In this document: positions 49,219 through 58,945 of the stretch, piece by piece | Layout of the letters: every line of letters starts with the position of its first letter | How positions within the stretch are numbered: the first letter of the stretch is position 1 | Assembly: GCA_965261275.1 (NCBI GenBank) | Contig: CBDHCL010000005.1 | Location: 744,710 to 808,709, forward strand | Origin: an uncultured Pseudohongiella sp. | GTDB lineage: Bacteria; Pseudomonadota; Gammaproteobacteria; Pseudomonadales; Pseudohongiellaceae | Direction of reading: 5' to 3' | DNA: 64,000 nucleotides | Translations under genes and position numbers: made by a program | Notes under the pieces: generated by a model | The model's database searches: none | What the model was told of the DNA's origin: nothing | What the model saw: only the letters and a program-made list of their open reading frames with translations

Positions 49219-50676
49219 CTAGATAGCGAACCAGATTAACAGTCCGCAGAGCAGAACTATAAGCTGGCTGGGTGTATCGGTAATGGCTAACAGCACCGGG
49301 TCTTCATCCAGTTTTCCCTGTCGAGCGAGCTGCCAAATTCGCCAAAGCAGATACAACAATAAAGGGCATATCAGCCAAAGCAGCAGCGGTTTACTATACA
49401 GCTCGGTGGTATCTGCTGCGTTAATGTAGAAGGCGAACACAGCGACGGCTATTACGCTGGAGACACCACCCACACCCGATAAAATCTTCAGGCTTTCTAC
49501 ACTGTATCCCCTGCCTTCGATCGAGGATTTGCCTATACGTTGTAAATTGGAAAATTCCGTGTAGCGTTTCACCATGGCGAGTCCTAAAAACAGGAAGAAT
49601 GAGAAAGCCAAAAGCCATAAAGTTGTCAGCACCGAGATAGCAGCCGACCCCGCAATAATTCGCAAGCTATAAAGAGAAGCGAGCGCGAGTACATCGACAA
49701 GAAATAAGCTCTTCAGATAAAAGCTGTAAAGACTGGTTACCAGCCAATAGCCCAACAACACCCACAGAAATTGTTGTGGAAGAGCAAGCGCAACCATAAA
49801 CCCACCAGCCAACAGCAATGGTGTTCCCAGATACCCATAAACCAAAGGCAGGTCACCGGAGGCAAAAGGGCGCTCCCGCTTGGACGGATGCTGGCGATCA
49901 CTGTTGAGGTCCAGCATGTCATTCAGAAGATACACACTGGATGCAACCAGACTAAAACTGATGAGCGCAATACAGGCTTGCAAAAACAGGTCGGCCTGGT
50001 TCAGTTGGTGAGAAAGTATCAGAGGCAAAAATACCAGCACGTTTTTCAGCCATTGGTGTGGCCGAATGGCTCGCCAAAATTTGGCCACCGGTGAATGCGG
50101 GCTGTCGAAATATTTTATCTTCTCAGCTTTGTGCGGCAGTGATGAGGCTAATGACTTGTCACAGTTCACCAGAATTATTTCGTCGGCATCAGACCAAACA
50201 GCAATATCGGCACTGGAATTTCCTGCATAGGAAAACCCGCCTTCGGGGCTGAGCTGAAGGATACGAGCCAGTTTATTCCCGGCTTTTAGATTGTGGCCTT
50301 CGTCGCTACCCATGGCGTCGATAAAGAGACCAAGGTGGTCGCTAATCTGACGAACCGGAAGCTGATTTGATGCAGATATAAGAATGATGCTTCGCTCCAG
50401 TTCAACCTGCTCTTCCAGATAGCGAATGAACGCCGGGTTTTGCGGCAATAATTCCACTGGAATAGAAACTCGCTGAGCCAACTGATGTTTTAAATAGGCT
50501 CTTCCCTTACTAAGCCAAAATGGAATCAGCAGCGCTTCTAAAAGATTTTTCTTGAGCAGCAACAGAATCGACTCAAACATCAAATCGGTCTTGATGACGG
50601 TACCGTCGAGGTCCACATAAAGAGGAGGCTGGGAGAGGGGCTTTGACACGTTGATATTGTTGTAGACCTTTGCCAT
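49219..50676 (-). CDS. HAD-phosphatase-like domain fused to a UbiA-family polyprenyl-phosphate phosphoribosyltransferase (Rv3806c-like)
   Basis: Start MAKVYNN at 50676, 7 nt after the upstream stop. HAD motif I LYVDLDGTV. UbiA motif NDMLDLNSDRQHPSKRERPFASG resembles the decaprenyl-phosphate 5-phosphoribosyltransferase signature. 8-9 TM helices. Confidence 0.75.
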   Translation of the reverse strand: MAKVYNNINVSKPLSQPPLYVDLDGTVIKTDLMFESILLLLKKNLLEALLIPFWLSKGRAYLKHQLAQRVSIPVELLPQNPAFIRYLEEQVELERSIILISASNQLPVRQISDHLGLFIDAMGSDEGHNLKAGNKLARILQLSPEGGFSYAGNSSADIAVWSDADEIILVNCDKSLASSLPHKAEKIKYFDSPHSPVAKFWRAIRPHQWLKNVLVFLPLILSHQLNQADLFLQACIALISFSLVASSVYLLNDMLDLNSDRQHPSKRERPFASGDLPLVYGYLGTPLLLAGGFMVALALPQQFLWVLLGYWLVTSLYSFYLKSLFLVDVLALASLYSLRIIAGSAAISVLTTLWLLAFSFFLFLGLAMVKRYTEFSNLQRIGKSSIEGRGYSVESLKILSGVGGVSSVIAVAVFAFYINAADTTELYSKPLLLWLICPLLLYLLWRIWQLARQGKLDEDPVLLAITDTPSQLIVLLCGLLIWFAI

Positions 50677-50683
50677 CGCGACT

Positions 50684-51418
50684 TTAAAATTTAAGACGCT
50701 TGAATACAAACTCCGGAATGCAGCGCAGCACAAGCATGATGGGTCGCCAATAAGCAGGAGCATAGATTGTATGGCTCTTTTTCTCGATACTTTTTGTAAT
50801 TTTTGCGGCCACGCGCTCCGGGCTAGACCAAAGCATGCCTTTCTCAAACCGCGCAGTCATGGGTGAATCAACCAGTCCTGGCCGTATGTCCAGCACATGA
50901 ATATTGTGCGCGAATAACCTGCCGCGCAGACCTTGCAAGTAGGTGGATACTAAAGACTTCGCAGCGCCGTAGACAAAATTTGGCTGGCGGCCGCGCTCGC
51001 CGGCTACGGATGTAATCACGGCTATCGTGCCGTGCCGTTGTTCCATTAGTCTGGGTGCCAGTGAGGTCAACAAGGAGATCACGCTCAGGCCATTGGTGTT
51101 GATTTCTTTATGAGCTTGTTTGAAATCATTTTCGACGCGCTGCTGGTCTGGCAAGGAGCCATGGCAAATAAGAGCAATATCAACACCATCCAATTCCGCA
51201 AAAGCCCTGCTTAGGGTTCCCTGGTGTTCCGCAAATTTATTCAGATCAAGAACGCTGTAACTCACGGCTGTAGCACCACGTACTTTCAAGTCACAGCACA
51301 GTTCTTCCAATTTTTTTTCGTTTCTGGCAATCAGATGCAGTGCATTATTGTGTTCGGCATAAATCCGCGCTGCGCATTTGGCGATCGCCGAGGTGGCTCC
51401 TATGATGAGTACTTTCAT
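50684..51418 (-). CDS. SDR, DprE2-like (polyprenylphospho-2-keto-ribose reductase)
   Basis: Start MKVLIIGATSAIAK at 51418 overlaps the upstream stop (TAATG). SVAGERGRQPNFVYGAAK and C-terminal YAPAYWRPIMLVLRCIPEFVFKRLKF closely parallel M. tuberculosis DprE2 as I remember it. Confidence 0.75.
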   Translation of the reverse strand: MKVLIIGATSAIAKCAARIYAEHNNALHLIARNEKKLEELCCDLKVRGATAVSYSVLDLNKFAEHQGTLSRAFAELDGVDIALICHGSLPDQQRVENDFKQAHKEINTNGLSVISLLTSLAPRLMEQRHGTIAVITSVAGERGRQPNFVYGAAKSLVSTYLQGLRGRLFAHNIHVLDIRPGLVDSPMTARFEKGMLWSSPERVAAKITKSIEKKSHTIYAPAYWRPIMLVLRCIPEFVFKRLKF

Positions 51419-52740
51419 TAGCGTAGGCCAAGTCGATTGGACTGCAACGAGGCGAAACGGCCATGCGGGTCGTACCTGGATTTTATAGCCATGAAATTTT
51501 CCCAATTGGGGTAGCCAGCCTTAAAAACCGCTTCGCTCATTCTGGCGTCCTTTGCGAGGTAAATTCTACCACTATGATCAAGCACTATCTGGTCAATTTC
51601 TTCTAAAAGAACAGGCAGTGAAGACTCGTATTTGAAATCCAGAGTTAGTGTATAACCGGCCCTGGGAAAGGACAGCAGATTCTTGTTCTGTTCGCCAAAT
51701 TTTTTAAGCACGGTGAGAAAGGAACCCTTGCCGCGTTCCGCTACTCTTTGCAGAACAGATGTTATCCCGTGGAAAGCACTCTCGGTTGGCATGACAAATT
51801 GATACTGAATAAAACCTTTTGGCCCGTAGAGCCGGTTCCAGTGACGAATAGTGTCCAGCGGGAAAAAGTAGCTGTCGTAATCGACAGTCGATAGCCCTGC
51901 CTTTCTTTTACCCAGCCAGTAATAGCTGCTGTTCAATAGGTTCATACTGATTCTGTTGAGCAGAAAAGAAGGCGTGGTGAACGGCACAGTCAAACCACGT
52001 TTGTGCTGAAACTTCAGCTCAGATTTTCTGTTTTTTGGCTGCGCGTGTTGGCCCAGGTAAAGTAAAGAACAGCCTGACTTATCCCCCGTGGAGAGGCTGT
52101 CTAGCCATGCCACCGAATACTTGCTGCCATTATGCAATTCTATTAGTTCGAAACATTCTTTCAGGCTATTCGCCACCAGGCAGCGTTGATCTATGTAAGC
52201 ACTGGAGATTTCTTGTAAACACAGTGTTGCTTCGATAATGACACCGGTGAGCCCCATTCCGCCGCAGCTCGCGTGGAACAGCTCACTGTTTTCATCCGGG
52301 CTGCAACTCACCAACTCTCCCGAGGCCAGCAGCAGGCTTAGCTGTTGAACTGAATCGCAGAAGCTCCCGTCTTGATGATGGTTCTTTCCATGCACATCGG
52401 CTGCGATTGCTCCCCCCACGCTCACGTGTTTGGTGCCCGGCAATACCTTGGGGAATAAGCCTCTGGGGATGCAAATTTTCAGTAGATCACTGAGCCTTAC
52501 CCCTGCGCCACAGCGTACCGTCTTACGCCCCTCATCAATATCAAGAAAACTGTCGAGGAAGCGGCTGCTCAATAGTTGTGAAGCCAGGGAACTGTCGCCA
52601 TAACTTCTGCCAGCACCGCGACTAATACATCGATCCGATTTTTTTTGGGACGACAGGAGTTTTTGTAAGGACTGAGAGTCAGCCGGTTCGATTACTTCCG
52701 CCGTGGTTTTAGGAAACCTGCCCCAGCCCATTACTTCCAT
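51418..52740 (-). CDS. FAD-binding oxidoreductase, DprE1-like (polyprenylphosphoribose 2'-oxidase)
   Basis: GWGRFPKTTAEVIEP...SRGAGRSYGDSSLA N-terminus parallels DprE1 (GWGRT...GLGRSYGD). PCMH-type FAD domain. Confidence 0.75.
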   Translation of the reverse strand: MEVMGWGRFPKTTAEVIEPADSQSLQKLLSSQKKSDRCISRGAGRSYGDSSLASQLLSSRFLDSFLDIDEGRKTVRCGAGVRLSDLLKICIPRGLFPKVLPGTKHVSVGGAIAADVHGKNHHQDGSFCDSVQQLSLLLASGELVSCSPDENSELFHASCGGMGLTGVIIEATLCLQEISSAYIDQRCLVANSLKECFELIELHNGSKYSVAWLDSLSTGDKSGCSLLYLGQHAQPKNRKSELKFQHKRGLTVPFTTPSFLLNRISMNLLNSSYYWLGKRKAGLSTVDYDSYFFPLDTIRHWNRLYGPKGFIQYQFVMPTESAFHGITSVLQRVAERGKGSFLTVLKKFGEQNKNLLSFPRAGYTLTLDFKYESSLPVLLEEIDQIVLDHSGRIYLAKDARMSEAVFKAGYPNWENFMAIKSRYDPHGRFASLQSNRLGLR

Positions 52741-52990
52741 TTACCGACCCTGCCTTGAGAATATCCTGTCCTGAGAATACATGGCACTTATCCAACTGAT
52801 ACTTTACACCATATCGGATGGACAACCCGATTACTATTAGCGCACCCATACAGGTCAGGAAAGTCTAACCGTGAGTATCGGCTCGAATCGAATCGAAACA
52901 AAAGACGGGCATGCACTGTGCACACCCGGCATTTATACTTCATCCTGTCCATAGTGATAGATCAACAGTCGAACCAACCTGGAAGGCGTT

Positions 52991-53794
52991 ATGACAGAAA
53001 TTCTGCAATTTGCTCAAGCTCTCGCCAGAGAAGCCGGAGACCTCATCGTTGGCGAGCGTGCCACTACTGTTCTCAGGCACAGTTACAAAAACGGCAATGA
53101 GCTGGTAACCCATGCGGATGTCAAGGCCGATACACTTATCTGCGAAAGTATCGCCAAAAGATTTCCCCAGCATAAAATTTTGTCAGAGGAGTCATCTCCA
53201 GAGCCAGGTGAAGTGCAGGAAATCAAATCACCGCTGTGGATTGTTGATCCCATCGACGGCACAGTAAATTATGCCCACGGTCATAACCAATCCGCTGTCT
53301 CCATCGCCTACGTTGAAAACGCTGAGATTACGCTGGGCGTGGTGTTTAACCCCTTCAGCGACGAGCTATTCAGCGCGGCGCGCGGCGAGGGTGCTTTCCT
53401 GAACGGAAATTCGATCAGGGTTTCGCAGGAAACCGAATTGAAACGCGCACTAATCGCCACCGGGTTCCCCTACGATAAATCGACTCTTGCTCCAATGATT
53501 CCCCGATTGCACGCCGTGCTTGCCAATTGCGCCGACATTCGCAGATTAGGGTCGGCGGCATTGGATATTTGTTTTCTGGCCATGGGCCGGCTGGATGGCT
53601 ACTACGAGAGCCTTAGTATTTGGGATTTTGCCGCAGCCCAACTAATAGCTCGCGAAGCGGGAGCCAGTATAGGCCATTTCAGCGAAGTGCCCGAAGGTAT
53701 GGATCCTCAATTCTATGACCGGGATATATTGATAGCCAATCGCGCCATCTTTCCCCGCTTGCAGGCCCTTTTACAGGCAGCCGATAGCACCTGA
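52991..53794 (+). CDS. inositol monophosphatase family protein
   Basis: WIVDPIDGTVNYAHG and LSEE motifs. 267 aa. Confidence 0.85.
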   Translation: MTEILQFAQALAREAGDLIVGERATTVLRHSYKNGNELVTHADVKADTLICESIAKRFPQHKILSEESSPEPGEVQEIKSPLWIVDPIDGTVNYAHGHNQSAVSIAYVENAEITLGVVFNPFSDELFSAARGEGAFLNGNSIRVSQETELKRALIATGFPYDKSTLAPMIPRLHAVLANCADIRRLGSAALDICFLAMGRLDGYYESLSIWDFAAAQLIAREAGASIGHFSEVPEGMDPQFYDRDILIANRAIFPRLQALLQAADST

Positions 53795-53838
53795 AACGCC
53801 ACAAAACTGCTGACAAGCCGCAGCATAGAGTCGATGCT

Positions 53839-55350
53839 TTGCCAGCATTTGATGCGCTAAAGGCGAAGTACGACAGCCAGGGTGTCGAATTCATGATGAT
53901 TAACCCAATGGGAAAACGGAATCGTCAGGCCGTGCAGGCGAAGGCTGCCGACTATGGTGTCGATATTCCGATACTGATGGATGATGCACGACTGATCTCT
54001 GAATCGCTGGGTATTGAAAGAACAGGTGAAGTGCTGATTTACAACCCGCGCTCCTTTACAGTTGAATACCGTGGCAGTGTTGCCGCTTCCGAGCAGGCTA
54101 TTCAGGAAATTCTTGCTGGCCAGCAGGTAAGCAATGCTCGGCTGGCGACTAGCGATTCTGACATTCGTTATGCCATGAAGCCAACGCCTTCTTACACGCA
54201 AGATATTGCTCCTGTTCTCGCGCAAAATTGTGCAACTTGTCATAGAGAAGGCGGGATAGCGCCTTTTGCGATGGACAGCCACGCCATGGTTCAGGGTTGG
54301 TCGCCCATGATTCGCGAGGTATTAATGACCCGGCGCATGCCGCCGGGCCAGATCGACGGTCATATTGGTGAGTTCATTAACGACCGACTGATTAGCGCTG
54401 AAGAAGTTAGAAATGTTATCGCCTGGGCAGATGCCGGCGCTCCTAAAGACGGGAGCACTGATCCTCTAACGGAATTGACCTGGCCTACCACCAGGTGGAG
54501 TTTGGGTAGCGAGCCTGACTACATTATCAAAGTACCTTCGCAGCAGGTGCCAGCCACTGGCGTACTGGATTATCGCGACGTTGCTGTAGTTATCGACCTC
54601 GACGGCAAGGATCGCTGGTTGCGTGGCAGCGAGTATATTCCGGGCGACCGAACTGTATTGCACCATACGATCAACGCACTTAACTACCCGGAAGAAGTTG
54701 GCCAGCGATTGAATCAACCAGGTAGCACTAACCCGGACAAGGCCAGCATTACCGCCTATATTCCTGGCGGTACAGCAGCTTTCAATCCACCTGACACCGG
54801 CGGTCTGTTGAAAGACGGTTCTGTGTTAAACCTGAATCTGCATTACACCACCAATGGTCGGGAGACTGTTGATAGCAGTGAAATTGGTCTGTGGTTCTAT
54901 GCGGAAGGCGTTGTGCCGAAAGAGAGAATGTCCGGCCAATGTGCCTGTATTTTTCCGGACACCTGGAGCAATATTCCGGCGCATGCTCCTGCCTTCGAGC
55001 AGACCGCAACAATTACCATCCGTAAAGATGCCAATATTCACAGTTACTTGCCGCATATGCATTTCCGTGGCAAGTACATGCGCTTCTACGCAGACTACCC
55101 GGATGGCACTGGCGAAGAGCTAATCAACATCGCGCAATATAACTATGCCTGGCAGATGAGCTATACCTATGCCGAGCCGAAGTTCGTCCCGGGTGGTACC
55201 AGGATCATCGCAGTGGGCGCATTCGATAATTCGTCTCAGAACCATGCCAACCCAGACCCGGAAAGAACGGTTCCCTGGGGTGAGCAAAGCTGGGATGAGA
55301 TGTTTTTCGGGGTGGTACAATGGAAGTACACCGACCAGTGCGGCCAGTAA
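53839..55350 (+). CDS. redoxin-like / cytochrome c / copper type II monooxygenase-like fusion protein, apparently 5'-truncated
   Basis: Begins mid thioredoxin fold (no CxxC, no signal peptide, TTG start). CATCH heme motif with a downstream RRMPPGQ. LHHT, LHYT, HMHFRG and WDEMFFG resemble the CuH/CuM ligand pattern of PHM/DBH-type monooxygenases. Confidence 0.6.
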   Translation: MPAFDALKAKYDSQGVEFMMINPMGKRNRQAVQAKAADYGVDIPILMDDARLISESLGIERTGEVLIYNPRSFTVEYRGSVAASEQAIQEILAGQQVSNARLATSDSDIRYAMKPTPSYTQDIAPVLAQNCATCHREGGIAPFAMDSHAMVQGWSPMIREVLMTRRMPPGQIDGHIGEFINDRLISAEEVRNVIAWADAGAPKDGSTDPLTELTWPTTRWSLGSEPDYIIKVPSQQVPATGVLDYRDVAVVIDLDGKDRWLRGSEYIPGDRTVLHHTINALNYPEEVGQRLNQPGSTNPDKASITAYIPGGTAAFNPPDTGGLLKDGSVLNLNLHYTTNGRETVDSSEIGLWFYAEGVVPKERMSGQCACIFPDTWSNIPAHAPAFEQTATITIRKDANIHSYLPHMHFRGKYMRFYADYPDGTGEELINIAQYNYAWQMSYTYAEPKFVPGGTRIIAVGAFDNSSQNHANPDPERTVPWGEQSWDEMFFGVVQWKYTDQCGQ

Positions 55351-55383
55351 GTCCAGGCTCATTGGCTTTGATATACTGGCATC

Positions 55384-55417
55384 AAAAACCTGGTTACTCG
55401 AAAGTAACCAGGTTTTT
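55384..55417. terminator. bidirectional intrinsic terminator
   Basis: AAAAACCTGGTTACT cgaa AGTAACCAGGTTTTT: perfect 10-bp GC-containing stem flanked by A5 and T5. Confidence 0.8.
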
Positions 55418-55607
55418 GGCTAGCTTTGCCTGTAACAGTTTTTCCATCTGAGCGTTACAAATGGCAGTTGCTGTGCTATTGCTTTTTCCGCAAGAAATAG
55501 ACCGAACCTGGCGGTAGCTGCGGGCTTGATCCGCCGAAGAGCATTTACCGGGAGGGACAGATGGACAAGAATATTGGTGCGCTTAATCAGGAAACTCCCG
55601 TTGTTCG

Positions 55608-57965
55608 TCACCGGATAATGCCGCCACGAAACCAGGATGTCACAACAATTGCGGATTTAAGCCGGTTGTCGAAGCGACGCAAAATCGTCGGCAAATAAAA
55701 TAGATCCAGTGCCAGAGCCAACACCACAATAGGAACCAGCAATTTGGCTGCCTGTTGGAAATAAATAGTATTGGCGCCGGTCAAAACCGTTGTGCCAAGC
55801 GCTAGCACAATGGTTGTAATTGATAAGGCCGGCCCCGCAGTCCTGATTGCATAGTCAATGGATTCAGCCTGGAGTACGCCCGCCCGACGTTTCTCCAGGT
55901 AATGGCTTAACAGATGCACTGTATCGTCTACTACCAGGCCAATGCTAATACTGAATAGCATCATGACGAAAGGGTCCAGTTGTCCCACAAGTAAAGCCCA
56001 AAACCCAAATACCATCGTGGCGGGCAATAGATTGGGTATGATGCTGAGAATACCAAAGTAGATGCTGCGCATCCCGACGATTAGGCTCAGGGTAATCAGC
56101 AGCAGGCTTAGCGAATAGCCCTGTAGTAACTCTATCGTAACCAGCTCATCCATACGCGAAAAAAGCAGAATACCGCTTCCATGTAATAGCTCGGCATCGG
56201 GGAAGTCTTGCTGGAATTTTTCTGTTAGCTGTGAATCGAAATCGATAAGTTCCTGGTTGGACATTGGCGTTGCATTCACGAATAGATTCATCATGGAGAA
56301 TTCGAGATTTACAAATCCAAACAGCGGAAAATCCTCCGTTTGCACAAGAGCATAGCCCAGCAAATAATTGGATACCGTGTCTATGTCGTCAGGAATTCGA
56401 TCAAAGGCAACATTATCGTGCTGTACTCTATTAATGGTTTTGACCACATCAACCAGGCTTGCGATCGATTCAACCGCAGCCTGTTGCTTCAGCCACAAGC
56501 CAAATTCTTCTACACGTCTCAGGAAGTCTGGATTGATGGCGGCCTGGGGGGTTCGAGCATCGATGCCATAGGTCAGTGCTGCGCCACGGTTATAGTGAGT
56601 GCTTACTTCATCATAGAATTGTCTGATATCGGAATCCGCAGCGATAAAGTCGAGCCTATCGAAATCTGTCTCATTCAGCGGCAGTAAGAATAATGTGACG
56701 ATTGCCAGAGGGGTACATAGCCAAAAAATGGAAGAATCCCGACGTCGAGCAAACACGCTTATTTTTTGCAGAGTGCCCTGCATAAATGGCACACCGGTGC
56801 TTGCCATCGCCCCACGCCTTGAAGTCATCCATACGAGTACGGCGGGCAGTAGCAATAGCGTCAACACATAAGCGAATACAATACCCAATGCCACAATCTG
56901 GCCGAAATCCTGTATCGCCGGGGAAGAACACATATTCAGCGACGAGAAGCCTATGGCGGTGGTCAGAGCGGCGAGCGTTACCGGCTGAAAGTTGTGAAGA
57001 ACACTTTCCCTCATGGCCTCTATCTTCTCCGTGCCACGGTGCAGAGCTTGCTTGTAGATAGAAATTATATGCACACTATTCGCCACCGAAATAATTACCA
57101 GAATCAGAGGAGCAATAACCGAAATGCTATTGAGCGAAAAGCCCAGATAGCCAAGTGCGCCAATGGTGGAAAGCAAAGTGAACAGTGTGTGAGTAAGAAT
57201 AGATAGACCCAGCGTAGCTGATCGAAAGCAGTAACCTATGGCAAGCACACAGGCCAGAATCACGAAGGGCATCAAGCGGGTCAGATCATCAAGCATTGCC
57301 TGTTGACTCGACTGCTCCAGCAGCACCTCGCTATTTGCATGTATTCCTACAGTTGGGTGGCGCTCTCGTAGTTGATCCCTTAATCGTATTACGGCGCTTG
57401 CTATTTGCAACCGTTCCGCTGCGCTAACGTTGTTTCCTTCGGTGGTTATGGTGGCGAAGCTGAGACGCGCATCATCGGAAAGTAAATTGGCGGTGAGTAA
57501 TCTGTCATTCAATGCCACTTCGGCCAATTCCCTGAGCGCCGGGGGAGTATAATTTGTCGGCGCTGTGATAAATAATCGGCGTCCTGTCTCCGGCGATTCA
57601 TAGCTAAGCAGAGAGCTTATTCGAGTAGCGAATGGAATTTCCCGAAAGCTTTCTCTGAGATCTACTATGGCTTGTAGAAGTTCCGGGTTAAAAACAGTGT
57701 CGTTCTCATTCGCCACAAACGCGAAACTCACTTCTAGCGGAGTTGGAAATTGTTCCTGCATGACACGCAGCTCATCGAGATAGGGGTCACTTTGTGTGAG
57801 CAATGCGTCCAGTGAGCTGTCGAAATTTGCTCTTGGAATGCCAGTTGCCAGAAGCAGGCTGGCGATAACTGCCAGAGTACCCAGCAGCTGTCGATGAGCC
57901 ACAGTGAAAATGGCGACACGATTCGACAGGGAAGGTTTTATTGGGCTACCGCTTGTATCTGACAT
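55608..57965 (-). CDS. MMPL/RND-superfamily transporter (HpnN-like, sterol-sensing-domain type)
   Basis: 785 aa. Two repeats of 1+5 TM helices, each with a large periplasmic loop. Confidence 0.7.
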   Translation of the reverse strand: MSDTSGSPIKPSLSNRVAIFTVAHRQLLGTLAVIASLLLATGIPRANFDSSLDALLTQSDPYLDELRVMQEQFPTPLEVSFAFVANENDTVFNPELLQAIVDLRESFREIPFATRISSLLSYESPETGRRLFITAPTNYTPPALRELAEVALNDRLLTANLLSDDARLSFATITTEGNNVSAAERLQIASAVIRLRDQLRERHPTVGIHANSEVLLEQSSQQAMLDDLTRLMPFVILACVLAIGYCFRSATLGLSILTHTLFTLLSTIGALGYLGFSLNSISVIAPLILVIISVANSVHIISIYKQALHRGTEKIEAMRESVLHNFQPVTLAALTTAIGFSSLNMCSSPAIQDFGQIVALGIVFAYVLTLLLLPAVLVWMTSRRGAMASTGVPFMQGTLQKISVFARRRDSSIFWLCTPLAIVTLFLLPLNETDFDRLDFIAADSDIRQFYDEVSTHYNRGAALTYGIDARTPQAAINPDFLRRVEEFGLWLKQQAAVESIASLVDVVKTINRVQHDNVAFDRIPDDIDTVSNYLLGYALVQTEDFPLFGFVNLEFSMMNLFVNATPMSNQELIDFDSQLTEKFQQDFPDAELLHGSGILLFSRMDELVTIELLQGYSLSLLLITLSLIVGMRSIYFGILSIIPNLLPATMVFGFWALLVGQLDPFVMMLFSISIGLVVDDTVHLLSHYLEKRRAGVLQAESIDYAIRTAGPALSITTIVLALGTTVLTGANTIYFQQAAKLLVPIVVLALALDLFYLPTILRRFDNRLKSAIVVTSWFRGGIIR

Positions 57966-58051
57966 TCCAGCTATCGATCCTGTTGCTACTGCTATTCTGT
58001 GTTGACTATTGCTGATGTTGTAACTGCTACTTACCTCTTACGCCTTACGCC

Positions 58052-58945
58052 TTACGCCGTACTCTTACTGTTACTTTTACAATGTTCTATCCAGGTTTTG
58101 ACACCATGGCTCAAAAATTTCTGTTTGTGCAGGATGAAATAGAATTTCCGCGTCAAATTTCTATGCGGGCATTGTAATGGAAGCAGCGTACCGCGGTTAA
58201 ATGCCTCTTCCAGGGTGATGCTGGATAAACAACCAATCCCCAACCCGGCCTCAACTGCACGCTTTATACCTTCTGTATGTTGTAACTCCAATCTCAAATC
58301 CAGATTCGGTAGTAGGCCACTCATGGCGCGATCGAAAGCCTGCCGGGTGCCGGAACCCTTCTCTCGCACAATCCAGCCAGCCGCTAACAGGTCTTCATCG
58401 CTGAGCCTGGTCTTGTTGCTGAGTGGATGACCCGGCGCACAGAAAAGAGCGAGTTCATCTTCTCGCCAATAGCTTACATCCAAATCCGCCTCTTGCAGCT
58501 CGCCTTCTATCAAGCCTATGTCCAGTTCGAAATTGCGAACTTTAGCCGCGATTGAGGCAGTGTTTTCTACATTTAAATGAACCCTGGCGCTGACATGCTG
58601 TTTCATAAAAGTGGCCATAATCCCAATCGCCAAATAATTGCCAATAGTGAGCGTGGCTCCAACTTTAAGCTCCCCGATTTCATTGTGCCTGATCAAAGTG
58701 CTCTCCAGTTCTTCCGCCCTGGAGATTAGTGCAGCCGCCTTCGAGCGCAAGGCGGCGCCCTGATCGTTTAGTTGCAAACGCTTGCCAATTCGGTCGAATA
58801 AATTCACGCCGAAACGATGTTCCAATTCCTTAAGCGCCGTACTGGCGGCAGATTGTGACATGGACAGTTCATTGGCTGCCAGGCTCACATTCTCATGGCT
58901 GGCCACCGCCAGGAACACTTGTAGCTGTTTAAGGGTGAATCTCAT
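58052..58945 (-). CDS. LysR-family transcriptional regulator (FinR-like by position)
   Basis: Start MRFTLKQLQVFLAVASHENVSLAANELSMSQSAAS (HTH) at 58945. Divergent from fpr, as finR-fprA is in Pseudomonas. Confidence 0.8.
   Translation of the reverse strand: MRFTLKQLQVFLAVASHENVSLAANELSMSQSAASTALKELEHRFGVNLFDRIGKRLQLNDQGAALRSKAAALISRAEELESTLIRHNEIGELKVGATLTIGNYLAIGIMATFMKQHVSARVHLNVENTASIAAKVRNFELDIGLIEGELQEADLDVSYWREDELALFCAPGHPLSNKTRLSDEDLLAAGWIVREKGSGTRQAFDRAMSGLLPNLDLRLELQHTEGIKRAVEAGLGIGCLSSITLEEAFNRGTLLPLQCPHRNLTRKFYFILHKQKFLSHGVKTWIEHCKSNSKSTA

Noticed and set aside
55420-55611. 63-aa ORF with a GTG start overlapping the MMPL stop codon (GTGA)
   Set aside because: The overlap is suggestive of coupling, but the sequence is basic and low-complexity with no motif. 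It also ends just 3 nt from the bidirectional terminator hairpin. The evidence is insufficient to call it.
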